A stretch of 44,633 nt of DNA, from IMG/VR virus record IMGVR_UViG_3300033145_001514, positions 1 to 44,633 of that record. One strand, 5' to 3'. Position 1 is the first letter of the stretch. Each line of letters starts with the position of its first letter. This DNA comes from a virus. Its lineage: Duplodnaviria > Caudoviricetes. The notes below the pieces were generated by a model that searched no databases, was not told where the DNA came from, and saw only the letters and a program-made list of their open reading frames with translations. Position numbers and translations under genes: made by a program. This document shows, one piece after another, positions 1-8,771 of the stretch.

Positions 1-114
1 CTTGCAGGTTACATCAACGCTGTCTATACTTATCTCATATTCAAGGGCAATATCTTCTGGCTGGCCTGAAGACGACCAGTAGAGCATATTACCAACGAAG
101 TAAAGCATTCTGTT
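1..114. repeat. Terminal direct repeat, left copy (circularity/assembly overlap)
   Basis: 1-114 identical to 44520-44633; the reading frame of the tail gene is preserved across the join. Confidence 0.95.
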
Positions 115-1614
115 ATTGAAAGAAATCAAGTAATCCACCGCCTGCGGGGGTGGTGAGCCACGGCCTTCATATTCACGATTGCTTATCTCGCTATCGTGAA
201 GATAATCGGTAAAACTATTTCCCTTTGTAAGCTCGGTCAAAAAGTAAAATATGTTTGTTGCGTTATAGGCGTCGTCAGTAGCGGATGTTCTCTTGCTCCT
301 GTAAATCCTGACCCTTTTGGCAGAAGTCGCTGTGTTGGTCGTTACCACTATCCGGTCTTTTGCGCCGTCTGCGTGGTCTATCTCTGCACTATCGGCGGCA
401 GAAGGCAAACTCTCTCGTTTCCTGTTATTATCGAAGTAAGTGCACATATAGTAATACGTGCCGTTCTCCGCCCTCGTTGATGTCCCATCGCCCGTTGTGG
501 CCGTGCAAGTCCCTGGCGGCGTCTGGGTTGTGCAGTTACCACTCGTGCCGTTCTTGTCTTGATACTTTATCCTACCACGACCACCTTTTGTGGTTTCGGC
601 AACGTCAACTGAAGGGTTAGTCCCGCCAGTTAAACTCGAACCGTCCGCAACTATCAGGGGAACGTCAGTCGCCGCAAGGTCGCCCTGAAAGGTTACAGTT
701 ACCGCCGTGCCAGGCAAAGCGCCGCCCTCGCAAAGAACATCACCCGCACCGATATTAGATAGTGCCTCCAATGCCGTATCGACAGTGGCAGCAGAGGCGT
801 TATAGGCAATGGCGCCCGTTGTCTGGCCGTCGTAGGTCAAGGTGAAAGTCCCGCCGGTTGGAGTGCCGGTTATTGTAATTGTTTGAATTTCGTTACTGCC
901 GCTATCGCCGGTGGCGTATAAATATCTGTTCGGCCCGACGTCAACACATTCATTGGAGGCAATCCTCGTTATGATTTGATTTACACCCTCAACAGCACAG
1001 TTTTTGATGTGATTGCCGACCTCTTTAATGGAGACACTATCTAATGTTGTCGTAGCGCCTTCGTCGTCGTAGTAAAATCTAATAACGAAATCATCGGTGT
1101 TCGTAGCGGTAATATATTTCGTCATTGTCGCAAAATGTGTATGCGTTGCACTATACACTGTAGCCCCGCCGAGGGTAACTTCAATTTCCAGCGGCTCGGT
1201 TCCCGTATGGCCATTGACTGTTATTACAACCTTATACGCCTTACCAGCCGTAACGCCGACATCCTGTCTTAATCTGCAATTCTCGTAGTTCTCACCTGAT
1301 GTGCAGACCGCCTGCCCACTTCCTCCTGCATCTACCGTCCAGCCAATATCGCCGGTGATTGTCCATTTGCTTGCATCCTCAAAGCTATCATCGGTTACCT
1401 TCTCCGTGCCGGTATCATAATATGGGCTTAACTGCTGCTCCGGCGGCGAAGAGCAAGCCGATAACGCCGCCTGTTCAGACCACAAACCGGCCTTGTCTAT
1501 CCTGCTCTGGTCGGAAACATAAGCAATACCCTCAACATACTCGTGGGAGCACGGGTTGAGAGCGTTACAGAGTCCCTTGAAAGCGCTTACCTTTGGTTGG
1601 ATTATTGCTGCCAT
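1..1614 (-). CDS. 5' part of an 841-aa tail nozzle/stabilisation-like protein that continues at 44519..43608; carries accessory domains
   Basis: Not in the ORF track. ATG at 1614 (TAATG overlap); I read the frame stop-free to position 1 (MAAIIQPKVSAFKGLCNALNP...); in frame with ORF 43608..44627. Follows the adaptor gene as P22 gp10 / T7 gp12 do. Confidence 0.75.
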   Translation of the reverse strand, partial: MAAIIQPKVSAFKGLCNALNPCSHEYVEGIAYVSDQSRIDKAGLWSEQAALSACSSPPEQQLSPYYDTGTEKVTDDSFEDASKWTITGDIGWTVDAGGSGQAVCTSGENYENCRLRQDVGVTAGKAYKVVITVNGHTGTEPLEIEVTLGGATVYSATHTHFATMTKYITATNTDDFVIRFYYDDEGATTTLDSVSIKEVGNHIKNCAVEGVNQIITRIASNECVDVGPNRYLYATGDSGSNEIQTITITGTPTGGTFTLTYDGQTTGAIAYNASAATVDTALEALSNIGAGDVLCEGGALPGTAVTVTFQGDLAATDVPLIVADGSSLTGGTNPSVDVAETTKGGRGRIKYQDKNGTSGNCTTQTPPGTCTATTGDGTSTRAENGTYYYMCTYFDNNRKRESLPSAADSAEIDHADGAKDRIVVTTNTATSAKRVRIYRSKRTSATDDAYNATNIFYFLTELTKGNSFTDYLHDSEISNREYEGRGSPPPQAVDYLISFNNRMLYFVGNMLYWSSSGQPEDIALEYEISIDSVDVTCK

Positions 1615-2363
1615 TATAAAAAACTCGAATTATGACGATTTACGTCTTTAATACTCCATTTTCCCGCCCTGACACTAACCAACGGCCTTGCTATGACCGG
1701 CATATAATTCGGTCTGGCCTGATTATAAGCGGTATTTACCTTGCTCTGGAAATCGGCGGAATACAAAACAACCCCACCTACATCCCTGTTGATTGTGGCC
1801 AATCTTATTCTCAACGCCTCAGCCAATAGCCATATCCTGTCGTTAGGCCAATCGGTGGTATCGCCGCTTTCAGATAATTCCGTCGGGCCAAGCTGGTAGG
1901 TATAGTAAAGCGTAATCTCCGCAGATGGATTGGGATATAAGTGCATATCTAATTTCGTAGCGCCGGAACTTGTGTATTTCCTTATAGCATACATCGTAGG
2001 ACTACCAGAAGCGGCGAGATATTTTTTCTTGTGCAACCAGTCCTCAAGTTCAATATAATCAAGCGGACTTGACCTGTCGTCCCTCACCACCGTTCCGAGC
2101 CGGATAATGTTGGTCTCATCTAACGTCTCTTGGTCGTCGGCGGCACTGAAGGTAGCCGAGCCGTCAACTCTATGGTATTCCGGCCACGGGGCAAGCGTGG
2201 ACAAAATCTGGATTGTATGATTTATAAAATGGGTCAACTGCGCCAGACCGGTAGTAGAAGTATCCGACCAACCGTGATATTTTGCAATATCCTGAAGCTG
2301 GCTTAATGTCTTACCAGTTGCCGCAGAAGCCGCTACACCATAACCCTTACCAGTTGTGGCCAT
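1614..2363 (-). CDS. Head-tail adaptor (podovirus tail tubular A / gp4-like)
   Basis: Size, position, and motifs TLSQLQ...INHTIQ, GSPTMY, LYPNP...YYTY typical of podovirus adaptors. Confidence 0.6.
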   Translation of the reverse strand: MATTGKGYGVAASAATGKTLSQLQDIAKYHGWSDTSTTGLAQLTHFINHTIQILSTLAPWPEYHRVDGSATFSAADDQETLDETNIIRLGTVVRDDRSSPLDYIELEDWLHKKKYLAASGSPTMYAIRKYTSSGATKLDMHLYPNPSAEITLYYTYQLGPTELSESGDTTDWPNDRIWLLAEALRIRLATINRDVGGVVLYSADFQSKVNTAYNQARPNYMPVIARPLVSVRAGKWSIKDVNRHNSSFL

Positions 2364-2372
2364 AATTTACTC

Positions 2373-3767
2373 CTAACTGAAAGTTTCACTATCAGGATTT
2401 ACAAATGTATATCCCGATTTTTGTCTCCAAAAGTAAAAAGTCCCCGCATCCACAAAGGGCTTGGATGTGCCGTCTATCGGGTCAACTAAAACTCCACTTG
2501 AATTGGTAACCCCGCTCCAAATAACATCAGCGCCAGCTTCATCTCTCGTAATCCAAACTGAAACCCCCTCTATCGGGTCGCCGGTATCCTCGTCATCCTC
2601 TTTGACGGTATAGGTTATCTCTAAAGCCCCTGCACTCGGCGTTCTATGATAAAGCGGCAATATCACAAAGGTATCATCATCAGCAGGTGCTTCGGTAAAG
2701 GCGGGATAAACGGTAATGGTTTTGGTCGCTCCAGCGTAGTCGTGTATCCTTCTGGCCTGTCCAGCCAACGCCCCGCTTGTAAAGATGATTGTCATATTAT
2801 TATAGTGGTCGTCTGTGGTCTCTGTAAGGTCGGTGATAAATACCGAAGTGGTGGCGGAGGCATCGTTAAGCTGGCTGGCTGTCTGGGTAATTTGCGTTTC
2901 GTTGGTGTCTGCTTCAATATCGGTCTGCTTATCTCTAACGGCTTCAAGCGAGTCCGTTGCGTGGTCAAAATCGCTCGTATCACCATCGGTCTTTGTCATT
3001 ATATTAGCAAGCACAGTATCATCTACAACCTCGGCTAATACATCCCTGTCAGCCACGGCCACTTTCATCAAGTGGTCGAGATTAAGCTCGTCCAGCACTT
3101 TCCGCACTGCAAGGGCTATGATATTAGTAGCGTAGGCAGTTGAGCCAACATCGGCAGCAAAGGTGGCATTGTCTATGGCAGCGTTGGCAATCTTGGCGGC
3201 AGTGATACAATCACTTGCCAATTTAGCGGCGGTTATCGCAGCGTCTTTTATATTTTCCACCGCTATGGCATCATCGGCAATTTTTGCATTCGTTATACAA
3301 TCCGCCCCCAGCTTGGCGGCAGCTATTGCACCATCGGTAAGGGTTTTGGTGTTCACATCGAGCGAACCAGACAAATCCTGTGCATCAGTCGAAATCAGTG
3401 CCTTAAAGTCCGTGCCAAAGGCGGCGGCACTTGTCTTAAACAACGCATCATATACGGTCTCCTCTACAACCTGATAATCGTGCCTGACTGGCAAGGCGTC
3501 AGCGTTGTGAACAACAACGGTTAGCTGACCGCAGGTGTTTGTATCGGTGGCATCCAATTCACAATTATAATAGCCGTCAACATCGCCTGCCGCATCGTGC
3601 ACGGGCGCAGTGGCATCGTTCTTATTGGCTAACGCCTGTCCGTTCTTCGATAGCTCCACGTCAAGCGTTAAGCCCGTCTCCGCCGTTACACCATCGGTTT
3701 TATCGAGAAAAGGCCCAATAAGAATATCGACTGCCGTATCCTCTTTTAGAAACCCGCCAAAAGCCAT
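2373..3767 (-). CDS. Virion structural / fibre-like protein (464 aa from ATG 3767)
   Basis: Acidic and Ala/Thr-rich; ~10-aa repeats of the DxAITAAKIA type seen in tail fibres; start coupled by TAATG to the upstream gene. Confidence 0.6.
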   Translation of the reverse strand: MAFGGFLKEDTAVDILIGPFLDKTDGVTAETGLTLDVELSKNGQALANKNDATAPVHDAAGDVDGYYNCELDATDTNTCGQLTVVVHNADALPVRHDYQVVEETVYDALFKTSAAAFGTDFKALISTDAQDLSGSLDVNTKTLTDGAIAAAKLGADCITNAKIADDAIAVENIKDAAITAAKLASDCITAAKIANAAIDNATFAADVGSTAYATNIIALAVRKVLDELNLDHLMKVAVADRDVLAEVVDDTVLANIMTKTDGDTSDFDHATDSLEAVRDKQTDIEADTNETQITQTASQLNDASATTSVFITDLTETTDDHYNNMTIIFTSGALAGQARRIHDYAGATKTITVYPAFTEAPADDDTFVILPLYHRTPSAGALEITYTVKEDDEDTGDPIEGVSVWITRDEAGADVIWSGVTNSSGVLVDPIDGTSKPFVDAGTFYFWRQKSGYTFVNPDSETFS

Positions 3768-4531
3768 TATAATCCTCCCGCTTGTTGATAGTGATGAATT
3801 GCAACCGGAATCCTTACCCTCGAAACGAGCAATCTGGGCAATCTTTGTTTGAACATACAAAACGGCTCTCGGTAGAGCCAGTCAATCTCATTTTGTGTTA
3901 ATGCTTTATTGAAAATCATCACAGCATCAAGATAACCATTATAATACGATGAACCACCACCATATTCGCCGATATAAAAATCGCTTCCTAAATCAGCCAT
4001 ACTAACAGTTATTGCATCAGAATCCTTCAATGCGTTATCAACATAAATATACAAATTACTTCCATCCGCTACTGCAACTGTGTGATGCCAATCTCCATCA
4101 GCATAATCTTTGTCTTCTGCAGTTGTCGTTTGATATGAGTTATCATTATCAAATATCCGAATTCTAACCGCACCAATTGCAGAAAGGTTATAAAAATACT
4201 CTCTATTATTTGCATCACTCCCTTTATATAGAAATGCCATATCAACACTGCTGGAACTTTTGAACCATAACGAAATTGAGAAAGTTTCATTTGTAAAACT
4301 TAAACTACTATTATCAGGAACTTGAATATAATCTCCTGTGCCGTCAAACTCCAAAGCCGAACCAAACTTGCCGGGGACGAAATGAGTATCCGCTACTAAA
4401 GTTCCTGTGTTTCCGTATCCACTTAAATCGAAAACCTTATTGCCCGAACCCTCGTTAAACAACCAGCATCCAACAAGACCACGGGCAAGGGGGTGGCCTC
4501 TATTTATCTGTTGTCCGAGAAGCGGTTTCAT
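3767..4531 (-). CDS. LamG-like / concanavalin A jelly-roll virion protein
   Basis: GLVGCWLFNEGSG..D.SG, ALEFDGTGDY, FSISLWFK, DGDWHH, YYNGYLDAVMIFNKALT: Laminin_G_3 signature. Confidence 0.85.
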   Translation of the reverse strand: MKPLLGQQINRGHPLARGLVGCWLFNEGSGNKVFDLSGYGNTGTLVADTHFVPGKFGSALEFDGTGDYIQVPDNSSLSFTNETFSISLWFKSSSSVDMAFLYKGSDANNREYFYNLSAIGAVRIRIFDNDNSYQTTTAEDKDYADGDWHHTVAVADGSNLYIYVDNALKDSDAITVSMADLGSDFYIGEYGGGSSYYNGYLDAVMIFNKALTQNEIDWLYREPFCMFKQRLPRLLVSRVRIPVAIHHYQQAGGL

Positions 4532-4532
4532 T

Positions 4533-5165
4533 TTATATCGCCGTTACCTTCGTAATCCTGCATTTAGTGTGGACGGTCGAACCATCTGCATCATAAGTGT
4601 TGTTATAAATAGTCCTCGCACGATTTGCCGAAAGTGGCAACTCTACCACATACATACCAACCGCCGAGTTCGTTGCGTGGTCAATATCATAAAAATCAGA
4701 GTCGGCAGCCGTCTGTGCGTTGGTAAGACCATCTAATATGGTTATCGTATCACCGGCATCACCACTATTGGTGGTCTGATAAACAATTTCACTATTAGCC
4801 ACCGTCCCCGTGTGCTCGATAAATATGAACTTACCGTTGTGGTCTAAATTATTAGTAACGGGGTCGGTAACCGAAAGAACTGTTTGGCCGGCGGCCTCAT
4901 CACCGCCAAGGTCAACCTTGTGGGCAGTTCCTATTGGGCCAATAAACCTAACCAAAGGCGTCCAGTCCTCATCTCCAGATGTATTGCTTGACACCTCAAC
5001 AATTATTTCCGTTCCCGTATGAGCCGTTGCACTGGACAGACAACAATCAACGTGAAGAATTGCGGAATGACAGCCGGAGACATCCGTTGTTGCACCTTCC
5101 CTCACTGTATTCTGAGCTACTTCAGCCCATTCATCAACCGCCGCTACCGATTTTGTCAGAGCCAT
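4533..5165 (-). CDS. Virion structural protein (hypothetical)
   Basis: Strong SD (AAGGAG), beta-rich acidic composition, in the late operon. Confidence 0.6.
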   Translation of the reverse strand: MALTKSVAAVDEWAEVAQNTVREGATTDVSGCHSAILHVDCCLSSATAHTGTEIIVEVSSNTSGDEDWTPLVRFIGPIGTAHKVDLGGDEAAGQTVLSVTDPVTNNLDHNGKFIFIEHTGTVANSEIVYQTTNSGDAGDTITILDGLTNAQTAADSDFYDIDHATNSAVGMYVVELPLSANRARTIYNNTYDADGSTVHTKCRITKVTAI

Positions 5166-5180
5166 AATAAAACTCCTTAT

Positions 5181-5261
5181 CTATCCTCTGGAATCCCTAT
5201 CCAATAACACTTGTCCGCAACCACAAGCGCATTCTATCTCATTTGGAGAAATCTTTTTCAC
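5181..5261 (-). pseudogene. Remnant N-terminus of a homing endonuclease (CxCGCG motif)
   Basis: GTG start overlapping the previous stop; MKKISPNEIECACGCGQVLLDRDSRG* resembles the N-terminus of phage HNH/NUMOD endonucleases and then stops. Confidence 0.45.
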
Positions 5262-5416
5262 TTTAACACCAAATACGTAATTAAACTTAGCACTGCACCA
5301 AGCAGTGTAATTGATATTAAAAAATGACGCCTTAAGTGGTTGCTCACAATCTTTTTCAGCCAGCACATATCATTGACAAGCCGAACAAGCAAGTCGTGGT
5401 CGGTCGGATTATTCAT
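5258..5416 (-). CDS. Small membrane protein (52 aa; holin/XhlA-like shape)
   Basis: Below the ORF-track cutoff; MNNPTDHDLLVRLVNDMCWLKKIVSNHLRRHFLISITLLGAVLSLITYLVLK, C-terminal TM, SD upstream. Confidence 0.6.
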   Translation of the reverse strand: MNNPTDHDLLVRLVNDMCWLKKIVSNHLRRHFLISITLLGAVLSLITYLVLK

Positions 5417-5426
5417 AACTACTTAC

Positions 5427-5487
5427 CCCTTCTCCCATCACCGTGAGCGGGCTGAATATACCCGCCCACAGTGAGAGGAGAGAAAAA
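5427..5487 (-). terminator. Long hairpin after the capsid/decoration genes (terminator or mRNA stabiliser)
   Basis: Imperfect inverted repeat TCACTGTGGGCGGG/CCCGCTCACGGTGA with G-U pairs on the minus strand; no clear U-tract. Confidence 0.5.
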
Positions 5488-5493
5488 ATGATA

Positions 5494-6255
5494 TTACTCG
5501 TGGAATCTTGTCTGGATGCAGAGAACATAATCAACATATAAATATGTCCCGCCTGTTGCGGCGGCAATGGCCTCGACAACGGGCGTCATCATTGCATCCT
5601 GCGCAATCATATGTGCGGCAGTGTCCGCATCGAGGGAACCTTTATATGTGAAATTGCCATCATCGTTCTCATCAACAGAGTAGGTAACGGTGTCTATACC
5701 GTCCCAGAAGAACGCCACCCGAATCCAGTCGTCAGCAGCTTCGGTAATCTTTGTATCTACCGACTTGGTTGTGCCGCTGTCTTTAGTGGCCACGAAACTC
5801 ATCGTGCCGACAGTTGACATAAAGCCAATGTTGTCAACAGTATCATCGGTGCAAATCTCCATCGTCGTATCGGCAGCCGAAAGACCTACGAACCAGTCCA
5901 TATCCACAATACTCGCAGCATTGACACGTGCCTCGAAATACAACGGATAGCCATCCGCCAGATGGAACGCCTCGCCGTTCACCTGAAGATTAAGCCCTTC
6001 GTCGGCAGTGCCGTCAACTTCGAGCTTTAGAATCCCACCGGCCTCGTCTTCGGCATCGTCAGTCCCGTCAAGAATAACCGGTGTAGTTGATTGAGTATTT
6101 ATGAGATAAGTGAACCAAGTGGCGGCATCAGCGGTGGCGCTAAAAGTCGCACCCAGAAAATCATCGAAAAATACAACAACATCTTTCGGAGTCCGAGCGT
6201 TTTGAAAACCCTCGAAATCCACGGGAATGCCACAATTCTGTTTGAATGTAGCCAT
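5494..6255 (-). CDS. Capsid decoration / minor capsid protein
   Basis: Immediately downstream of the major capsid gene, same strong SD (AAGGAG); FFDDF...YVDY jelly-roll-like pattern. Confidence 0.55.
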   Translation of the reverse strand: MATFKQNCGIPVDFEGFQNARTPKDVVVFFDDFLGATFSATADAATWFTYLINTQSTTPVILDGTDDAEDEAGGILKLEVDGTADEGLNLQVNGEAFHLADGYPLYFEARVNAASIVDMDWFVGLSAADTTMEICTDDTVDNIGFMSTVGTMSFVATKDSGTTKSVDTKITEAADDWIRVAFFWDGIDTVTYSVDENDDGNFTYKGSLDADTAAHMIAQDAMMTPVVEAIAAATGGTYLYVDYVLCIQTRFHE

Positions 6256-6272
6256 AATAAAACTCCTTAAAA

Positions 6273-7430
6273 TTAGTCGTGAGCGCCCAAAATACAGCCG
6301 GCAGATACAGGCGAGTCAATCCGAAGACCCAAGTTGGATTTGTAAACACCAATACCACCGACTATCTCCGGGTCTTTTGTTTTCCATTCACCTTCGACAA
6401 GACCCTCTGCCTTTGTGTTCTGCGTCTCCAATACAAACGCCTTTGAGTCCAGCACAAAGACCATCTCGTGGGCGCCGGCATTGCCCGCAGCCTCGTCAGT
6501 CGGCACGTTCTCGTCATAAACACAAGTGAGAGGCCCAACAACAACATTGGTAATCCCAACCTTATCAAAATCCTTATCGAGAAGAATTGGGCCTGCGGCC
6601 AACTTGCCAGAGATAAGCAGCGCCCACATAGCGTTGTATGGGTCAATGTTCATCAAGGCCAAGTCGGGTTTAACCGACTTACCCGTTCCCGATATATCCT
6701 GTGTCCGCTGCATCGCATTAGTTATAAAGGAGAGATTGTTGAGACAATCCGTTGACCATTTACGAGATGTGGCTGTGGCATTACCAGTAGGGCACTCGTG
6801 AACATCTAAAACTTCCGGCGCCCAATACTTATTGGTGAAACTCGCCTTGCCGGCAGCGTAAGCGCTAATAGCGGCGCTGGTGGACGAATTGCAAATACCA
6901 GCGTAAGTGTAGTTTTGAACGATATTGACTACACCACTCGTTGAGTTCACGCCGTAAGGGTCGCCGCAAATAGTTCTTAACCCTGCAGGACCACTGGCAA
7001 CAGTTCCAGCCGCACGACTGTATAAAGCTGCGGTTATAGCCCTGTAAATAGAGCTTTGGGCGATACGGGCGTTCTCCGCTTGGATGTCGTAAATCTTTGC
7101 AATACCACCGGCACGGTTCGACTTAATCGACGCCTCGCCAATACCATAAGTAGCATCGAGATAACAATACGACAGCGTTGCTTCGTCCATCGGGTCAAGC
7201 TCCTCAAATGTTCGAGAACCCAATTGACCGTTAGTCCAGCTTGCCGTATTATCTACCTTGCGAACATACCAATCGAAAGATTTACCGTATCCTTCCCACT
7301 TAATCTGATTATTCTTAATCATACGTCTTAAAAGCGCATTGATATGACCTATTCCCTGAACGACCGCCTTTACAGACCGTCGGTGGAACGTAGCCATTCC
7401 CTGTGCTGTTTGAGCATCTGATATACTCAT
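6273..7430 (-). CDS. Major capsid protein (HK97 fold, podovirus type)
   Basis: 385 aa, follows the scaffold, strong SD, NALL...G.SF...GL..I...YAGI pattern of podoviral coats. Confidence 0.8.
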   Translation of the reverse strand: MSISDAQTAQGMATFHRRSVKAVVQGIGHINALLRRMIKNNQIKWEGYGKSFDWYVRKVDNTASWTNGQLGSRTFEELDPMDEATLSYCYLDATYGIGEASIKSNRAGGIAKIYDIQAENARIAQSSIYRAITAALYSRAAGTVASGPAGLRTICGDPYGVNSTSGVVNIVQNYTYAGICNSSTSAAISAYAAGKASFTNKYWAPEVLDVHECPTGNATATSRKWSTDCLNNLSFITNAMQRTQDISGTGKSVKPDLALMNIDPYNAMWALLISGKLAAGPILLDKDFDKVGITNVVVGPLTCVYDENVPTDEAAGNAGAHEMVFVLDSKAFVLETQNTKAEGLVEGEWKTKDPEIVGGIGVYKSNLGLRIDSPVSAGCILGAHD

Positions 7431-7441
7431 AATAAAACTCC

Positions 7442-8353
7442 TTATTTAGTCATAGAAGCCACCACATCATCCATAGTTGTAATTTCTGGCTCGGATGATG
7501 CCTGCTTTGAAGCGGCTCTTTTTAGCCCGCCGGCGGCAGCGGCGACTTCGTTTTTAATCTGTTCCTTTGTTGTGTCGGCATTAGCAGCAGCGTTTTGCTT
7601 CAAAGATGCATACTCCCTCGCTTCACCAAAAGACATTCCTCGCTGCATCAGCTTGCAGGTATCCCCGAACAAGGAAGATTCCTCCTGCGACAGCTTTGCG
7701 AGCTTATACGCCTCGTCAAAAGGCACACCATCGCCAAGATAGGCGTCGGTCATAAGCTCCCGCATAACGTTTGAATGCTTTTGGTAGTCAGGGTGCTCTT
7801 TTACAAAAGCACTGAATTCCTGTTTGTCTGCCAAACTCTGTGCCTGCTTGTCAAGAACCGGCCCGAACTTTTCCTTGATACGCCCGAAAAGCGTATCAGT
7901 CAGTCGGTCGGTAATCTTCGGCAGGTAATGCTTGTCCATTGCAGCATAAGGATTACGATTAAACTCGTCGGCAAATATGGCCAGTTCCGCATCGGTGATT
8001 TCCGCAGCCGATTCCTTTGCGGGTTGTTGACCCGTTATTTGCGATTTCAGGGCATCGTATTCCTCTTGCAGCTTTCGCAATCGACCAATTTCGCCTGATT
8101 GTTCGCCATACTTGCGGTCTCTAAAAGAGAGATACTCCGCAACCTGCTTCAGGTCTTTGAATCTGCCGGGTCCGAATAGTTTATCTATTTCGGATAGTTC
8201 GGCAGTTGTTGCGGCTTGCTCGGTATCTACCGTTTCCGCTTCGCCCAGAGTGCTATCGATAACCGTATTCTCAACCGCTTCTTCGGTTGTATCCTCTACA
8301 CCGACGGCCTCAACAGTATCCGTGCCTTTTACTTTTCCCTCTTCAATTGCCAT
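7442..8353 (-). CDS. Capsid scaffolding protein
   Basis: Acidic disordered N-terminus, coiled coil GEQSGEIGRLRK, F..EHPDY, EAY motifs; upstream of the capsid gene. Confidence 0.75.
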   Translation of the reverse strand: MAIEEGKVKGTDTVEAVGVEDTTEEAVENTVIDSTLGEAETVDTEQAATTAELSEIDKLFGPGRFKDLKQVAEYLSFRDRKYGEQSGEIGRLRKLQEEYDALKSQITGQQPAKESAAEITDAELAIFADEFNRNPYAAMDKHYLPKITDRLTDTLFGRIKEKFGPVLDKQAQSLADKQEFSAFVKEHPDYQKHSNVMRELMTDAYLGDGVPFDEAYKLAKLSQEESSLFGDTCKLMQRGMSFGEAREYASLKQNAAANADTTKEQIKNEVAAAAGGLKRAASKQASSEPEITTMDDVVASMTK

Positions 8354-8425
8354 AATGCTTACCCCCAAAAATGAAGTTATCCGATGCAGGATGGAGACGC
8401 CCCCATTACCCCCACATTACTCGGT

Positions 8426-8770
8426 TTATCCGCCTAACGACGGTTTTACCCCCAAATTTTGTTTCTTTATCCTCTCCTCTACCGTAGTTGGTTTTGCAAA
8501 ATCAATGTCTTTCCGACTCCTTTCGATAAGCCCCTTTTTATCGAGCTTTCTTTTCCAATCGGCCCGGCCTTCAATCACCGAACCTATCCGTGAGTCGTAT
8601 TTGCCAGTGGCAAAGAAATTCGTGTCGGTAACCGCTGCAAAAGTGGAAACTATGCGCCTCGCAACACAACCACACTTCTTGCATATAGCGATATTGTTCC
8701 TGTCTTTTATTTCACGCAGGTCTGCCGTAATATGTGAACAAACCCCACATTCGTATTCGTAGAGTGGAAT
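8426..8770 (-). CDS. FmdB-family zinc-ribbon protein with probable ATT start (114 aa)
   Basis: Not in the ORF track; (I/M)PLYEYECGVC...CKKCG...RRIVS; SD AGGGGT upstream of ATT; in-frame TAA at 8797-8795 with no ATG/GTG/TTG in between. Confidence 0.75.
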   Translation of the reverse strand: MPLYEYECGVCSHITADLREIKDRNNIAICKKCGCVARRIVSTFAAVTDTNFFATGKYDSRIGSVIEGRADWKRKLDKKGLIERSRKDIDFAKPTTVEERIKKQNLGVKPSLGG

Positions 8771-8771
8771 T

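Noticed and set aside
1-114. Biological direct terminal repeat of the virion DNA
   Set aside because: Falls mid-gene and is more simply an assembly overlap of a circular or permuted genome
2373-4531. Diversity-generating retroelement target
   Set aside because: No reverse transcriptase and no template/variable repeat pair seen in the genome
8112-8762. 216-aa plus-strand ORF and similar long antisense ORFs elsewhere
   Set aside because: Shadows of well-supported minus-strand genes
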